A stretch of 64,000 bases of DNA from Selaginella moellendorffii (taxonomy: Eukaryota > Plantae > Lycopodiophyta). A program made the position numbers and the translations under genes. Below are positions 31,790-45,141 of the stretch, piece after piece. Each line of letters begins with the position of its first letter. The stretch's first letter is position 1. A model generated the notes under the pieces. It had not been told where the DNA came from and ran no database searches. It was given only the letters and a program-made list of their open reading frames with translations. The stretch is from contig NW_003314262.1 in the NCBI RefSeq assembly GCF_000143415.4, forward strand, positions 1,725,960 through 1,789,959, read 5' to 3'.

Positions 31790-34700
31790 CCAAAAACTTG
31801 GTTTATATATAGGAGCAAGTGGTATAGATTGAAACCAATCTTCCATATTCTATGCACTCATATTGGTGGAAGTGAGGGGCAACTTTAATTATCTTTGATG
31901 AGTGCTTGGAATTGGGATTTTGGTTTAGATATAACTTTTGTATTGTTTGAGTCTCACTTTCTTTGTAACTTTTTCAATTTATTCTTTTTTACTTTTTTTT
32001 CTTTTCATTTATCTTCATAGCAGAGCAGCAACCTCCTCCTTTTTGACACTAGAGTAGTAGTTAGTGCAATTGCTCAATGCCATGCAATTGTAGTTAAACT
32101 AGCAACATTCATAACATGTGGTATAACTCCTCTAGCTCTTATTGCCAACCTCATGTCCATTTGGAGTTCTTCCATGGGAATCTTAGAGATGATGTGTACT
32201 ATTAGTTCGATCACTTTATAGTGATTGCTACTTATCATTTTTGGGATGATACTTAGTGTTTGCGTGAGTTTCCCAAATATCTCCAAGGGATGGCATTGTA
32301 GTGGTACAATAGTTTGAGTGCAACCACTCGTGTGGATTGGAGAATTCTTAATGATCATTTACGGCCGATAGTACTTTCAATCTTTATTCCACAGTTTCTC
32401 TATGCCTACCATGATTCTCTTATTTTAGGCAGGTATATAAAACATTATTGTGTGACCAAGAAGCTGTGTAGGTCTTTTTATTAATCAAAGATGTGATGTG
32501 ATGTTATCTGGTATGTTTGTAATTGTGTTTGGTGCCAAGTTCATAATACTCCCCCTCGTGCTACGTAAGGACAATTAAAATCTTCAAACATGTATTTGGA
32601 CATGCTGACAATTACAATGATGCCTTCCAACAATTGCATTGTCTTCGGCAAAGACCATCTAAGTTAGTGATGCAATTTGGCGATCGCTTCTAGAGCCTTT
32701 TACTTTGTACAAAGCCAAATATATTAGAGTGGATCAAGTTGGGAATGTTGTAGCTAGCATTTCGTCAAGATCTTGTGAGATTTGTGCATGTACTTGCTCC
32801 AACCATCCTTTGACTAAAACAATATTATAATACATCACCTTTTCCACTTCTCATTGCACATCCTTCCATTTCACTTTTTATAGGAGATGGTCTTATTCCA
32901 ATGGAGGTTGATATTACTGTTGTTCGTGTTCAAGGATAAAGGCAAAGACATGGTCATGGCCGTGATATCTGCTACTGGGGTTAGCCATATGTATCAATGT
33001 TATCTGCATTTTCTAGATTAGCATTCTCCATTTTCTAAGTGGAGACTTTGGCATCAACAACATCCTATTAGTGTTGTTGTAATGGAAAGTCTTGACACAA
33101 AGATTCTTCCAAAAAGCTAGGAGTCATGTTAGTAGTGGATGGTTTTTATGCAAATAAAGAAATGACCCTTTCATCCTTCTTTTGAGAGTATCATCAAGGG
33201 GTTCACTCGGCATTAGTTCATCTAGTATTTATTTTCCAAATTTGTTTTTATAGCAAGAGATGACCTATTTGTAAGCGACTAATTTTTCCATTCTACTTTA
33301 TTCACTTAACCACACCTTTGACCATTTGGAGGAGTCTCACTCACAACCTCCTTAAGTCCAATTCAGGGCTTGGGACTTACTAGCCCCAAGAATGGCATCC
33401 ATGCCACTCATCTCTTGCACTTAGTCCAAGTGCTCCACGTGTCTAGTCCCAGGACCGACACCCCAAGGTACCACCGACATACTAGCCCGTTACGCTAAGG
33501 CTATGCCCCTTTACCTTGGTCATACCGGTGGTCTAACACCACCTGCATCACAATCCCGTCTCTCAAGGACTGGACCATCCGTCCATGAGTGATCATTCCA
33601 GATCCACTCCTTAGCATCCTTAGGATGCCCACAGACGTGGGGAATAGCCTTCCCCAATATCCCTTTTCTGGTCCCCACCAAGTCCCTTTCTGCCCATAGC
33701 TATGTTCACCAACACTACCACTGGATTGAGGCCCACCGGCCTGACCACTAAGTCCCACGGTCCTTTGGGACTTCCTCACCACACGACTGTGTCCTTGGTC
33801 ACTACCCCAGAGGACTGCTCCTCTTCCTTTCCACAGTCTGGGCCTTTGGGACAACATTTCGGAACACCGTGGCCTTATGCGAGCCACCTGGGTACTCTCC
33901 CCGCCTTTCGCCTTTAGGTGCTCTAGCCATGGGCTTAGAGCGAGGTTCCGTTGAGCCACGCCTGGTATCCAAGTAGGTAATGCCACCCACACTTGGACTA
34001 GGAGCATCGGCCAGTCGATCTCCCGGGGGAACTAGAGCCGGCTCTTGAACACTTCACCAAGCTACCCCGCTTGTTGGTCTGTATTCACTCTAATCTTGGA
34101 CTTCCTAGTGGTCAGTTCATCACCCAACATTGGGTCTGGCCTTCCTGGGCCAAATTGGCCTTTCCTGGCCAAACTGGCTCCACTGCAGTCCTCCCCCTTA
34201 CTATACTTTTGGAGCTCACCAAACCCCCTAGGGTCTGGGAGACGAATGCTTTAGGCTTTCACCCTCTCAGACTCGAACTTGGACTCGAACTCGGACTTGG
34301 ACTCGGACTCGGACTCGGACTCGGGCTCGGTCTCGGCCTCCGCCTCGGTCTCGGTCCCGGTCTTGGTCTCGGTCTCGGTCTCGGTCCCGGTCTCGGTCTC
34401 GGTCTCGGTCCCGGTCTCAGTCTCGACCTCGGACTCCATCTCGGGTCCTTCTCGGACTCCATCTCGGATTCCATCTCAGGTCCATCTCGGACTCCGTCTC
34501 GGTCCATCTCGGACTCCATCTCGAACTCCACTTCGGACTCCATCTCGGACTCCATCTCGGACTCCACCTCAGACTCCATCTCGGACTCCATCTCAGTCCA
34601 TCTCGGACTCCATCTCGGACTCCGTCTTGGTCCATCTCGGACTCCATCTCGGACTCCACTTCAGACTCCATCTCGGACTCCATCTCGGTCCATCTCGGAC

Positions 34701-37380
34701 TCCGTCTCAGTCCATCTCGGACTCCATCTCGGACTCTTCCACGTGTCATGTGTTGGTCCTTTTGGGTCCCTTTTTGGAGCCTCGCTTATTGCTCGCTTTG
34801 TGCTTGTTCCTCAAGCACTTTGTTGGGAGTTCCACTCCCGCTCTCGACCTTCCAAGTCGGAGCTTTTAGTCCAAACGGGTCACGCTTGTTTGGCTTTCGC
34901 TTCAGCCACTACCACGTGGCACCCTTTCTAGCTCCACTTTGGGGCCTAGGGATTTTGTGTCTCACACTATTATTCTCTCTATGTTAGTTGATATAAACTT
35001 GAATTTATCTTCTATTGCTCACCCTATTGCCATACATTGCCATCTATAGTTACATCGTGCAACAAAGCCAGTTTTTATTCTTTATAGTAATGGCTATACA
35101 TATACACATGCATGGGATGAGGCAGATCTAGTGGTGTATATAATAGATTTCAAGTTTGAATTTCAATCATTATAGGTGGTGTGAGTTAAGCTTTTAACCT
35201 CATCTTTAGTATAGATTGGCTACAGTATAATCATGCCAAATATTACTTTAAAGTTTCTCCCCCTTATCTCATATTTCTTTATATTTCTTTCATTCCTTTC
35301 ACTTTTTTTTTCATTTTGTCCTTTTACTTTTACCTTTGCCTCCATCATTTTTATTTCTCCATTACTTCCTACTTTATTTCCATCTTGCTCCTCTATTCTC
35401 TCTCTAATCCCTCCAACTCCAACACTCTTTGTGTTGCAATAATTCAACTTAGAAAGGAGTATGTTAATATCTTCAACTTTGACCTGTCATTTAGGGCTAA
35501 GATTGTAAGACATCATCCTAATCCAATTAAGGATGCCCATCCAATCAAGGTTCTTATTTAGTGTCAATCATCAAAGGAGATCAAGATTTTAGATGTGAAT
35601 GTCAAGGAGATGTTAGAGGTGTTATCCAAAAGTCTCAAAGTCCTTAGGTGTGTGAACTTCATTTTGTGACAAAGTCTAATGGGAGTATTCACTTTTACAT
35701 TAACTATTGTCTATTAAATTAGGTGATTATTTCAAACATGTACCCTTTTCCTCACACTATTAATCTTCTGGATCATCTAGGGAAAAGTCATTAGTTCACT
35801 AAGTTAGATTTTACTTATGGGAATTGGTAAGTGCCAATGGCCGAAAAAGATATTCCCAAGACTGTTTTTCATACACTATTTAGTTTGTATAAGTTCTTGG
35901 TGATGGCATTCAATTTAAACAATGCTTCAATGACTCTTTAGCGAACGATGGACAAATTATTTTATGATATGCCAAAACTAACTATTGACTTCATTGATGA
36001 TGTCTTGATCCACTCGGAGGTATATGGGAAGAGCACATTTGTGATGTTCGTAAAGTGTTGGATTGGCTGTGGGAAATTAGTTTAAAGTTGAATCAATCGA
36101 AGTGTGTGTTTGGGTCCAAAGACACAATTTATTTTAGGTATTATATTTTTTATGAAGATTTGCAAATTAATCTTGACAAACACTTATAGCTATTTTAAAG
36201 TTCCCAACTCCGAAGTGTGCAAATAATATATAACACTTTTTAGGCAAGGTATAATATCTTGGTTGTTTCATTGATCATTTTTTTGATTGTACTGCATTGC
36301 AAGTGTTGCTGAAGTTATCAATGTCATCTTTCATCTAGTTTGTGGATTATGAGTGAGCTTGCATGTGGCACAACCATAATCATGGCCATTAGATCTCTGT
36401 AAGGTCAAGTGTTTGAGCTTTTCAATTAGGTCTGTAATTATGGCTGTTGAATCTTTGGAATGTGGAGTGTTTGAGCTGTCTGATTGAGTCTGGAATCAGG
36501 ACTTCCATTTTGCTTTGTTGTTGGGCATTTGCAAATCTCAAAGAGTTATTGATAACTCTTCCAATTTTGGTGTATTCTCATTACACTTAATTTTTCATTT
36601 TGCGCATAGATGCTTCTGATACCAATCTTGGAGATATGTTGATGTAAAAGAGCTTGAGTGTGTTTAGTTAGTGCCATGCATTGCATATATCAGCTGTACA
36701 TTATAACTAACAAAGATGAACTACTTCACAATAGACAAAGAGTGTTTAACAACAGTGTGGGGTTTTGAGAAGTTTCATGCATATTTGCATAGTTCTTGAA
36801 CATTACTAAAAGGTGATCATGCTATGGTTACTTTGTTATTGAAGTGGAATAATTTTCTTGATGGGTCTTGAAAGTTTCAGATATATGATTTCGAGGTTGT
36901 TTATCATTTAGAGAGTTCTATAACTAATGTTAATGCCATTTCTTGAGCTCTTCTTCCTTCTTCACTCTCTTCTTTTGTTCCTAATGAGCATATTATTCTA
37001 GCATCTATGGATTTTTTGGATAAAGATTTTGTGCTATCAACAGTTATTATACTTAATGTTCATTGTTCACAAGATATAGAGCAAAGCTTACTTTCTTTTT
37101 TTGAGGTTCCTGAGGCTTTAGGGTTTATGCCCTAAACCCTAATAAAGTTTTTGAGGCTCAAAAGTTTGAGCTATGGATCCAAATGCTTTGGGAGGGGTTT
37201 GAGAATTTTGTTTCAATTGTTGATGACTTGCCATTTTAATATTTATATTCTAAAGATTGTCTTGAGGATGACCTTCCTTATTTTGTGGAGATAGATTTTA
37301 ATGATCATTTATAACTAATGGTTGTTAGTGCGTCTACAACTGCTGTTAAATACTTCCTTCTCAATTGAATAGTGTTCTTA
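31790..37380 (+). mobile_element. Old, heavily mutated and rearranged copy of the 8451-13492 Gypsy family (LTR end, PBS, gag, PR, RT, RH, part of INT)
   Basis: Collinear similarity, e.g. CACTCATATTGGTGGAAGTGAGGGGC and TTCATTGATGATGTCTTGATCCACTCGGAGG; many stops and C>T/G>A changes. Confidence 0.88.
33270..34966 (-). mobile_element. Solo LTR (1,697 bp) nested in the decayed Gypsy copy, containing a CTCGGA/CTCCAT-based tandem array (~34270-34735)
   Basis: TGTAAG...CTCACA termini with a perfect 5-bp TSD CTATT (33265-33269, 34967-34971). Confidence 0.9.
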
Positions 37381-37384
37381 CTTT

Positions 37385-37860
37385 TATATAAGGGGGTGTG
37401 GGGCTTGTAGGGGTTTCAAAATGTATAGTAGGGATAATAGGTAGATTAGGCATGGTCAACTAACTTAAGGCATAGTCTAGCTCTGTATTTATGTACCTAT
37501 TCTTGTTCTTCATTTAATTTGCCAAACTTTATACCATGATAGTTGGCGGAATACTCATATCCTTGCATCAAGCTATTGGTATGTTAAAATTGTGGTAGAC
37601 TTTGTTTGACTCTATTTTGCATGTTAATTATAGCATTGGGATGCTGGATGTTCTGGGATTGTTCTACTATTGCTCCGTGCTTCTATCCCTCACTCATAAG
37701 TCATTCTGTGTTTTAGTTTCTTCGTTTGTTAGTTATATTTTTGAGCATTTGGCTCTATTTTTTTCTTCAGTGGCCCAATGCCCTAAAACTTAGGTTCCAC
37801 TCTATAGTTATCCTATGATAAATCACAATAAAAAGAAAGGTGAAAACCATGTGTACTACA
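37385..37860 (+). repeat. Partial LTR of another family, homologous to ~47030-47581
   Basis: Shared TAGTAGGGATA..GGTCAAC and TTATCCTAT..AAATCAC..GGTGAAAACCA segments. Confidence 0.6.
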
Positions 37861-38210
37861 ATCCTCCAAGATGTCAGCCACACAATCACATTGCACAAAA
37901 CTAGAACCTTAGTCATAAATTTTTCATGCATTTCTTTAGCTTGGTAGTGCTAAAGTTGAAGTGATACATATAGGGCCAAGGAGGTTTCTACATTATTAGA
38001 ATCATATTCCCTCTTTAAAGAAAAATTGTGGATGCTTCAATAGAGTCTAACATTTGCAAGTGCCTAGTAGACTTCCCTACTAGCCTTAGTAGCAAGCATA
38101 GATCAAGCATCAATAAGAACAAATCAAGCAGCATTGGCAAAAGTAAGTCAAGTAGTAGGATACAAGTTTTAAGCTCTCTCTCTCATATCCCTACAACATA
38201 CTTTTATGCA

Positions 38211-40521
38211 TGCTCTATGAAGAAACAAGAACACTAAGCCTCTTGGATGGCTCTCAAGAAAAATGACAAAGAAAATTAAAGAACCCTAAACAAAAGGACT
38301 GTGGCTCAATGTGGTGGAGAACAGGTGGAATACCCAAATTGCAGCCTTGTTTATTTTGAGTAAATTTATATAGAATCTATAACCTGAAGCCAAGCAGGCA
38401 ACAAAGCTAATAACCTCCTTATATGCTGCTGTACTCTCCACCCAACAACTTGAACAAGCCACTTCTTGAAACTCCTATTAGAAAGAGTAGTGTTGTATTG
38501 TATTTATGTGTGTGACCAAGTTAAGGCCTAAGTACTTGCCATGCCACCCTTTTTTACTGCCTAATAGTGCAATTGATGTGCTGTTTCACTAGAGTTGTCG
38601 TGGCCTAGCTGGATTTTTCAAATTTAAGTTCTAGGTAAATTTTACATTAAGAGAATATTCAATCTCTTTGACTTACAGAAATTAAAATTAAAATTGCATG
38701 CAGATATCTGGATAAGGAAGTCTTCTCTGTATTCTATAAGGATGTTTTGAAATTGCAAAAGAAAATATTTTAATATCAAAACTAGATATAAATAAAAATT
38801 TATATTTTAAAAATATGTATATTTATTACAAGCAGTTGCAGATATATAATTATAAATATAAATATATAAGCTAAAATATCTTATAATAAATATATTAAAT
38901 TAACTTAATAACTATAACATATTGTTTTAGTTGACCACATGCTTATAGAAGGTTTTCCATCTTCATATAAAACTAAATTACAATCTAACTGTAATATTAA
39001 CATTGATGGTTTTACACAATTAAATTTCTTACAATAAGTTTCAGTTGCATATAAGGGTTTCAAATCAAATGCTGAATATAAAACAAAATTTCCATCTTCT
39101 TGTAATCTGAATTTACAATCAAAACTCATTCCATATGTTTTAGTATTCCATATAACTATATTTTTGTAATAATAAACAGCATTACAATCTTTCTGTACTA
39201 AAAATACATATGTTTTATAAAGATGTGTTAAAAATTCACCAGCATAAAGTGTGGATATAAATAGACCTTTATATCCACTAAGTAATGTACTTTTAAAAAA
39301 GTTACAAATTTTATATGGATTGGGAAATGAATAAATCATACTATAAAGAGGAGTTATTCTAAGCTCATATCCACATATCATATACGCTATTGCAAAAATA
39401 CCAATATCATGTCGAACAATAATACTTATAAAATATGATGCTCTTTCATTTTGAAAAGAAAGATAAACTTGCCTGGCAGTTCTTAATATCAAACCTGTAG
39501 CATCATTATTATCAACTTGACGGATTCCATTATTATTTGTTGGGCAATGATTACCAGCAGATATAACAATAAGGAATAAATCTATAATTAAGCTTGTATG
39601 ATCTGAAAGCATGTCAATATAAGATGTGTGAAATGTAGAACTTTCTGGTGTATTTCCATTTAAGGGCAGTGATGTTTCTATGAAACTAATAAAAAAGTAA
39701 ACTATTACATCCATATTTATTTGTTTAGGAATTGCTCCATTAATTCCATAAATTTCATGATGATATTCTTCTTGAGCATAAGCTATATAACAACATGAAT
39801 AAATAGCTATAATAAAATTTATGTATTTCATTGAAAAATCTAAATGAATGTATTTGAACTCTATATTTATAAAACTAGTTTAAAAACAGTTTCTTTCATT
39901 CACTTTATTTGACACTTTTACAGATGACTTATTTTAAATATAAAATAATCAATTTATATTTAGGAATAGTCATTTATATTATTTTATATTTTAATATCTT
40001 TTTCTTTTTATATACACAATCCTGGTGTAGAAAATCTATCAATGCCAAGACAACTGGCTCTTCTAGTAAGAGCAATGCTTAATTTTGTTATTTATGTTTT
40101 GTTGTTATATTTTGAGTACTCAAATTAAAGTCAATTGACTGCCACATGGTCTCTTATATTTTCACTTTCTTCAACTTCAAATTGAATCAAGAAAATGTTG
40201 CTGCAGAGCCCTAGATTCTCCTAGAAGTTCCTTTGACTTCATAAGTCAAACTATGTAAAGCTGTTGTTCATCTGATTGTATTGTGACCTGTGACTTGTGG
40301 TTTTGGAGCTAACAGTAGAACAGTATATAACAATATATGGCTTTGTTACCTACTTGGCTTCAGCTTATAAATTCTATATAAATTTACTCAAAACATAAGG
40401 CTACAATTTCCTATTCTCCACCACATTCTGTTAGAGCCATGGTCCTTTAGTTTAGGGTTCTTTTGCCATTTTTTTTGAGAACTATCCTAGAGGCTTAGTG
40501 TTCTTGTTTCTTCATAGAGCA
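38211..40521. repeat. ~200-bp imperfect inverted repeats (38211-~38407 and ~40340-40521) enclosing the lectin gene; possible Pack-type TIR element
   Basis: TGCTCTATGAAGAAACAAGAACACTAAGCCTCT.. is reverse-complemented by ..AGAGGCTTAGTGTTCTTGTTTCTTCATAGAGCA; similarity continues through TTGAGTAAATTTATATAGAA and CTGAAGCCAAG. Confidence 0.75.
38905..39831 (-). CDS. Secreted protein with unknown N-terminal domain and C-terminal bulb-type (GNA/monocot mannose-binding) lectin domain
   Basis: Signal-peptide-like N-terminus; three QxDxNxVxY motifs (QKDCNAVYY, QEDGNFVLY, QLDCNLVLY) and W.T.T motifs; intronless 308-aa ORF in very AT-rich DNA. Confidence 0.85.
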   Translation of the reverse strand: MKYINFIIAIYSCCYIAYAQEEYHHEIYGINGAIPKQINMDVIVYFFISFIETSLPLNGNTPESSTFHTSYIDMLSDHTSLIIDLFLIVISAGNHCPTNNNGIRQVDNNDATGLILRTARQVYLSFQNERASYFISIIVRHDIGIFAIAYMICGYELRITPLYSMIYSFPNPYKICNFFKSTLLSGYKGLFISTLYAGEFLTHLYKTYVFLVQKDCNAVYYYKNIVIWNTKTYGMSFDCKFRLQEDGNFVLYSAFDLKPLYATETYCKKFNCVKPSMLILQLDCNLVLYEDGKPSISMWSTKTICYSY

Positions 40522-41732
40522 CTAAGTTGTGAGGCTTGGCTTCTCTTCACATGGTATTAGAGATGTAGGTTAGAATTTTAGTTCATTTTATTCTTTTAAC
40601 AAATAGTGCCTTAAATGCTAGGACAAGATGGCATCATCATCTTCCCCTAGAGAAAGAATTTAGGAACAAATAGAATAAATTTCCTTACCGGAATTCCTTC
40701 CTTATGCTCGTCTGGCCAAGTACAAATGTTAAGTCAAGTTTACTAACTCTTAAATAAGAGGGACTGAAAAAAAGTCTAGCAATACCAACGTGGCAGTAAG
40801 GAAAGAATATCCAAAAGTACTAACCGACAAATAACTTTCGATACCCACAATCATATTCATGACATTAATGATGATTAATTGTTTTTTAATAGCTTTTGGC
40901 TTTTTGTATTATCACATATTCTTTATTATGCATTCTTTGTGAAGCCTAGTATTGCTACTTTGGATTTATCCAAATTGGTTAATGTAATAGTTAGAGTGGT
41001 TATTGGCTCTTGTGCCATTCATTCTGATATATTAATTGTTGCTAATGTTAGTTTTGTTAGATTAGGATATTATTTTCATTATGTAATTAGAGGAATGAAA
41101 TGCTTCTGCAATTGGGCTCTAAAAACTAATCTAGTACAATGGTCAGCTAGTCTAAAATTTTAATATAGGTATAAGTCCAAATTAATCCCAGATATGCATC
41201 CATATATCTAACAGGTCTTGAGTTCAAATCCTATAAGCATAGTTAAGATACTCTAGGATTGTTCAACGTCAACGTCATCATCCTTTAGTAGGCATTTTTT
41301 GAATCCAAATCTCATCAACCAGGATTGAGTGCATTCTTTCTATAAGTGTCTATTTAGCTAAACATACTTGGCCTGGCTTGTTAATCCTCTTTTGTTCTGT
41401 CATGCACTAGCTTGACAAGAACCCTTATGATATTGAGATTAGTCCTTTAATATTTGCTAGATGATAGCTTATCGTGTCTGCCAAACACCCCCACTATCAT
41501 GCCCTTTGTATTAGTTTTGCTCCAGTTCCAATGGCTATTTATTGAAAGTGTCTAGATTTGGTAATTGGCATATCTACAAAATATATAGATTGTTTTGAAC
41601 ATGATGGCGTGTTCAAATTCACTATTTAGCGCTATTCCATATTTAGCAAGGTGCATTCGACATGGGTCTAAACCCAAGTTCCACACCATGCTAGCTAATG
41701 GAGTACCCATATCCTTACATTAAACTATCAGT

Positions 41733-44700
41733 TTTAAGCTACAAAATTTTTCTTTCCAATTTGCCAGCTTACTTTGTCTATCCGACCACCATTTCTTTGG
41801 CCTTAATTAAGTTCCCTTGCCAAGGTTCTTGCATATTGTACCTGCTCCTACTTGGTCCTACTTAGTTTCAACAATTCACTACACCAGAAATGGAGCATTA
41901 GCCATCCATTCACAGATTCCCAAATTCTCTTCTAATCCCCCTTCCTGCGTTAGATTGGATTTGAGGTTCAGTTACACTCCTCACAGGCATAAGCAACCAA
42001 GCACACCAAACCTCCAAGTTCCTACATCCCTTGGTACAACAAGACTTGATCATAGGACCTTTTAAATCCCAACCCTTGGGTGCAACACTTGCTTCAGGAC
42101 ATTGGGGGGAAACATTGTGGCCTAATGGCCCGGTATAAGTACCCCTACTCCCTCATTTCCATCCTGAAGGGAAGGCCTAAGCTCCTAGAAAGGGTGAGGA
42201 TTAATGAGTCCCAAAGTTCTCAAGTGGGGCACCATTCCACATGAGTCAGGACCACCGTAGTCAGTTTCCCTTTTAGAAGTGGGAGCTGCTTTTAAGCACC
42301 TCTTTAGGTGATCCCTTCAGCACCACTTGAGTCCATGCTCACTCCCACCCAAGGCCCTTAAGCCTTACTACTGGAGAGTTCCTTCAAGATTGGTTCTTAG
42401 ATCTCACTATCCTTACTATACTTTTGAAACCTTTCACCCCAAGACCTATATTAGTATTTGGACTCGATCTCAAATTCAATCTCAGATTCGATCTCGAACC
42501 CAACCTTGGACTTTATCTCAGACTCGATCTCAAACTCGGTCTCAAACCCAATCATGGATCTCAGACTTAGTCTCGAACTTGGTCTCAGACTTGGTCTTGA
42601 ACTCGGTCTCAGAGTCAGTCTCAGACTCGATCTCAGACTTGGTCTTGAATTCAGTCTTAGAGTTGGTCTCGGACTTGATCTCAGACTCAGTCTCATTCAA
42701 TGAACTCTTTATCATTTGGATCGTGCTTTCGGGGATCCTTTAGCTTGTGACACCTCAGGGAGTTGGTTCCTTAGAATTCCACCACCTATAGAAAAAGTTC
42801 AATGCCTATATTAAATATCTCTTTGTAGTCCTATGACTTGTTGACCATGTCTCTGGGGGCATCCCCCCATTTAGCGGTGTGCATAAGTTAGCCTCTCCGA
42901 CCAAGAGCCCATGACAACAGAATATAAGTGTCCCTACACCCCTCACCTCACCACGCCCTAGTATAAGGTTAGGACTTGAACCCAGCCTTGCTTTGCTAGA
43001 GGGTTGGGCCTCAAACCTAACCTCCATAGAATACATCTACGGATTCGACATCTTTGCAGGGAGTTAGGTGTAGTTCCCTACATCTGGTCGACCTAGCTAA
43101 CCCATGCTAATTAGCTTACCTTCGGCATGCCTTTGGGTCCTAACATATTACATTGCTCAATTTCTCAAATAGATAATTTAATTGAATTTTGCATAAATAT
43201 ATAAAGTTTTACTTTGCAAAAATTCCTCCACTAGATCTTGCGTGTTTGTTATGTTCTCCTCTAGTTCCCATGTCGCTTCACAGTGTGGAAATCCTTTCCA
43301 CTTCACATGGAACTCCCTCACCTTGCATCCTTGTTACTTGCTCTTACGTGCATTAAGGATGGTTTTGACTTCGTATTTTTCTTCCCCTTTGATAATCTTA
43401 CGTAAAGGTCTTACTTGGTCCTTACAAAGTGGATCCTCAAAGTACGGCTTGAGTAAGTTCACATGGAACATAGGGTGCATCTTCCCCATCTCCCGAGGAA
43501 GTCAGAAGTGGTAGGCCATTTTACCAATTCGAGCCTCAATCTCATAAGGCCCTGCAAACCTACTTAAGGAACTCAAGATTAGTTCATTTCTAAGAATATA
43601 TGCATTTTACCTTGGGTCAACTTTTGGCTAATCCCACTTAATAACCTTAGTTTTTTGGTGTTCAGCCATATTTTATCCTTAGTTTAGAACTTTACATCCT
43701 GACACTTCTAATTCATATATTTAGATTGCCTTTGTTGAGCCCGTTTTAAGGAATCCCTCACTAAATTCCAAATGTTAAGTCTTTCCGTTGTGAATGCCTC
43801 CACTGCGGATAACTCTCCATGATACTTGGCCACACCGAGTTCCACAAGACCTTCAATAACTCGCCCATTGATGACTTCCCATGGACTCACCTTGATACTC
43901 AAATGTGGTGAGTTGTTATAGCATATTTCTGTAAGGCCCAAATGACTTACCCAATCAGTCTAGTCTCCACAAACATAACATTGCAAATAATCCTCTAGTT
44001 GCTTATTCACCCTTTCCGTTTGTCCATCTGTCAAGAAATGTTATTGCTATCAAACTTGACTTAATACCTAATACATGTTTGTGTGTGATAGGCTGTGCTA
44101 AATTTCAACTTGGTGCCATATTATTCTAAGAGAGTTCTCAAGAACCTACTAGTGAAGATCTTATCTCGATCTGAGATAATCTCTTTTAGCCTTCCTCGCA
44201 CTCGAACCACTTATTTGAAAAACAACTTTGCTACGCTTTCCGCATCCACTTCTATTGTGGTGGCACTCAAACTACTTGTTTGAAGAACAGCTTTGCCACA
44301 CTTTCTGCATCCATTTCCATTGTTATGGGTATGAAATGTGCCATCTTTGAAAATTGGTCCACCACCACAAATAACGCATCAAACCCCTCACTTGGGGGGG
44401 AGTCCCATGATGAAGTCCATCATAAGACATTTCCACAGATGATCTAAAATTGCGAGGTTTTGTAATAAGCCCTCACTAGCCTTAGTCATAGCTTTAACCT
44501 ATCCACCACAAATAACACATCAAACCCCTCACTTGGGGGGAGTCCTATGATAAAGTCCATCAAAAGACATTTCCACAGATGATCTGGAATTGCGAGGCTT
44601 TGTAACAAACCCTCACTAGCCTTAGTCACAGCTTTAACCTGTGACATATTGAACATGTCTTTACATATGTAATCTCCTAAACCTAAGGCATATGTTAGCT

Positions 44701-45141
44701 TCTAAATTTGGCCTTCCCAGGATGTCATCCAGCCCATACTATTCAAACCTTGTTATCTCCTAAATTTGAACTTCTTAGGAGGTCATCCAGCTCAGTACTA
44801 TTTAAACCCAAGGACACTTAACCCCAAATATTCTAAAACCCTTAATTAATTAGAAAAAGGGGTGCACTCTTGTTCATGGGCCCTTTCCTTTTATATTTGA
44901 GCCCTTATGGATCGTCTCTCAAGTCATTCCCTTTGGTCGCTTACAACATAGTTTTGGACATCTTTAACCATATCTGGCCAGTGATACTTTCTCTTGAGTA
45001 AGCCTGTGGTCTTGGGCACTCTACCATGTCCTGCAAGAGGTCCCTCATGACACTATTTTAAGACTACCTACCCTAGTTCCCCTTTTGGAACATACGCCCT
45101 TGTTTATTTATAATAGATGAGTGCATTGCATTCTGTATAAT
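41733..45141 (-). mobile_element. Decayed copy of the chromoviral element of 1-2854: 3' LTR 41733-42775, chromodomain and integrase remnants, both introns retained (43560-43610, 44028-44074)
   Basis: Reverse-complement similarity to 1-2854; internal tandem duplications at ~44200-44640. Confidence 0.88.
44668..44945. mobile_element. Small solo LTR / TRIM-like insertion (278 bp)
   Basis: TGTAA...TTACA termini with perfect TSD ACATA, interrupting the integrase zinc-finger coding sequence. Confidence 0.82.

Noticed and set aside
34071-34931. Long ORFs rich in LGLG / SDSIS / MESE (also 1779-1988, 42327-42743, 63546-63746)
   Set aside because: Artefacts of stop-free hexamer arrays within LTRs
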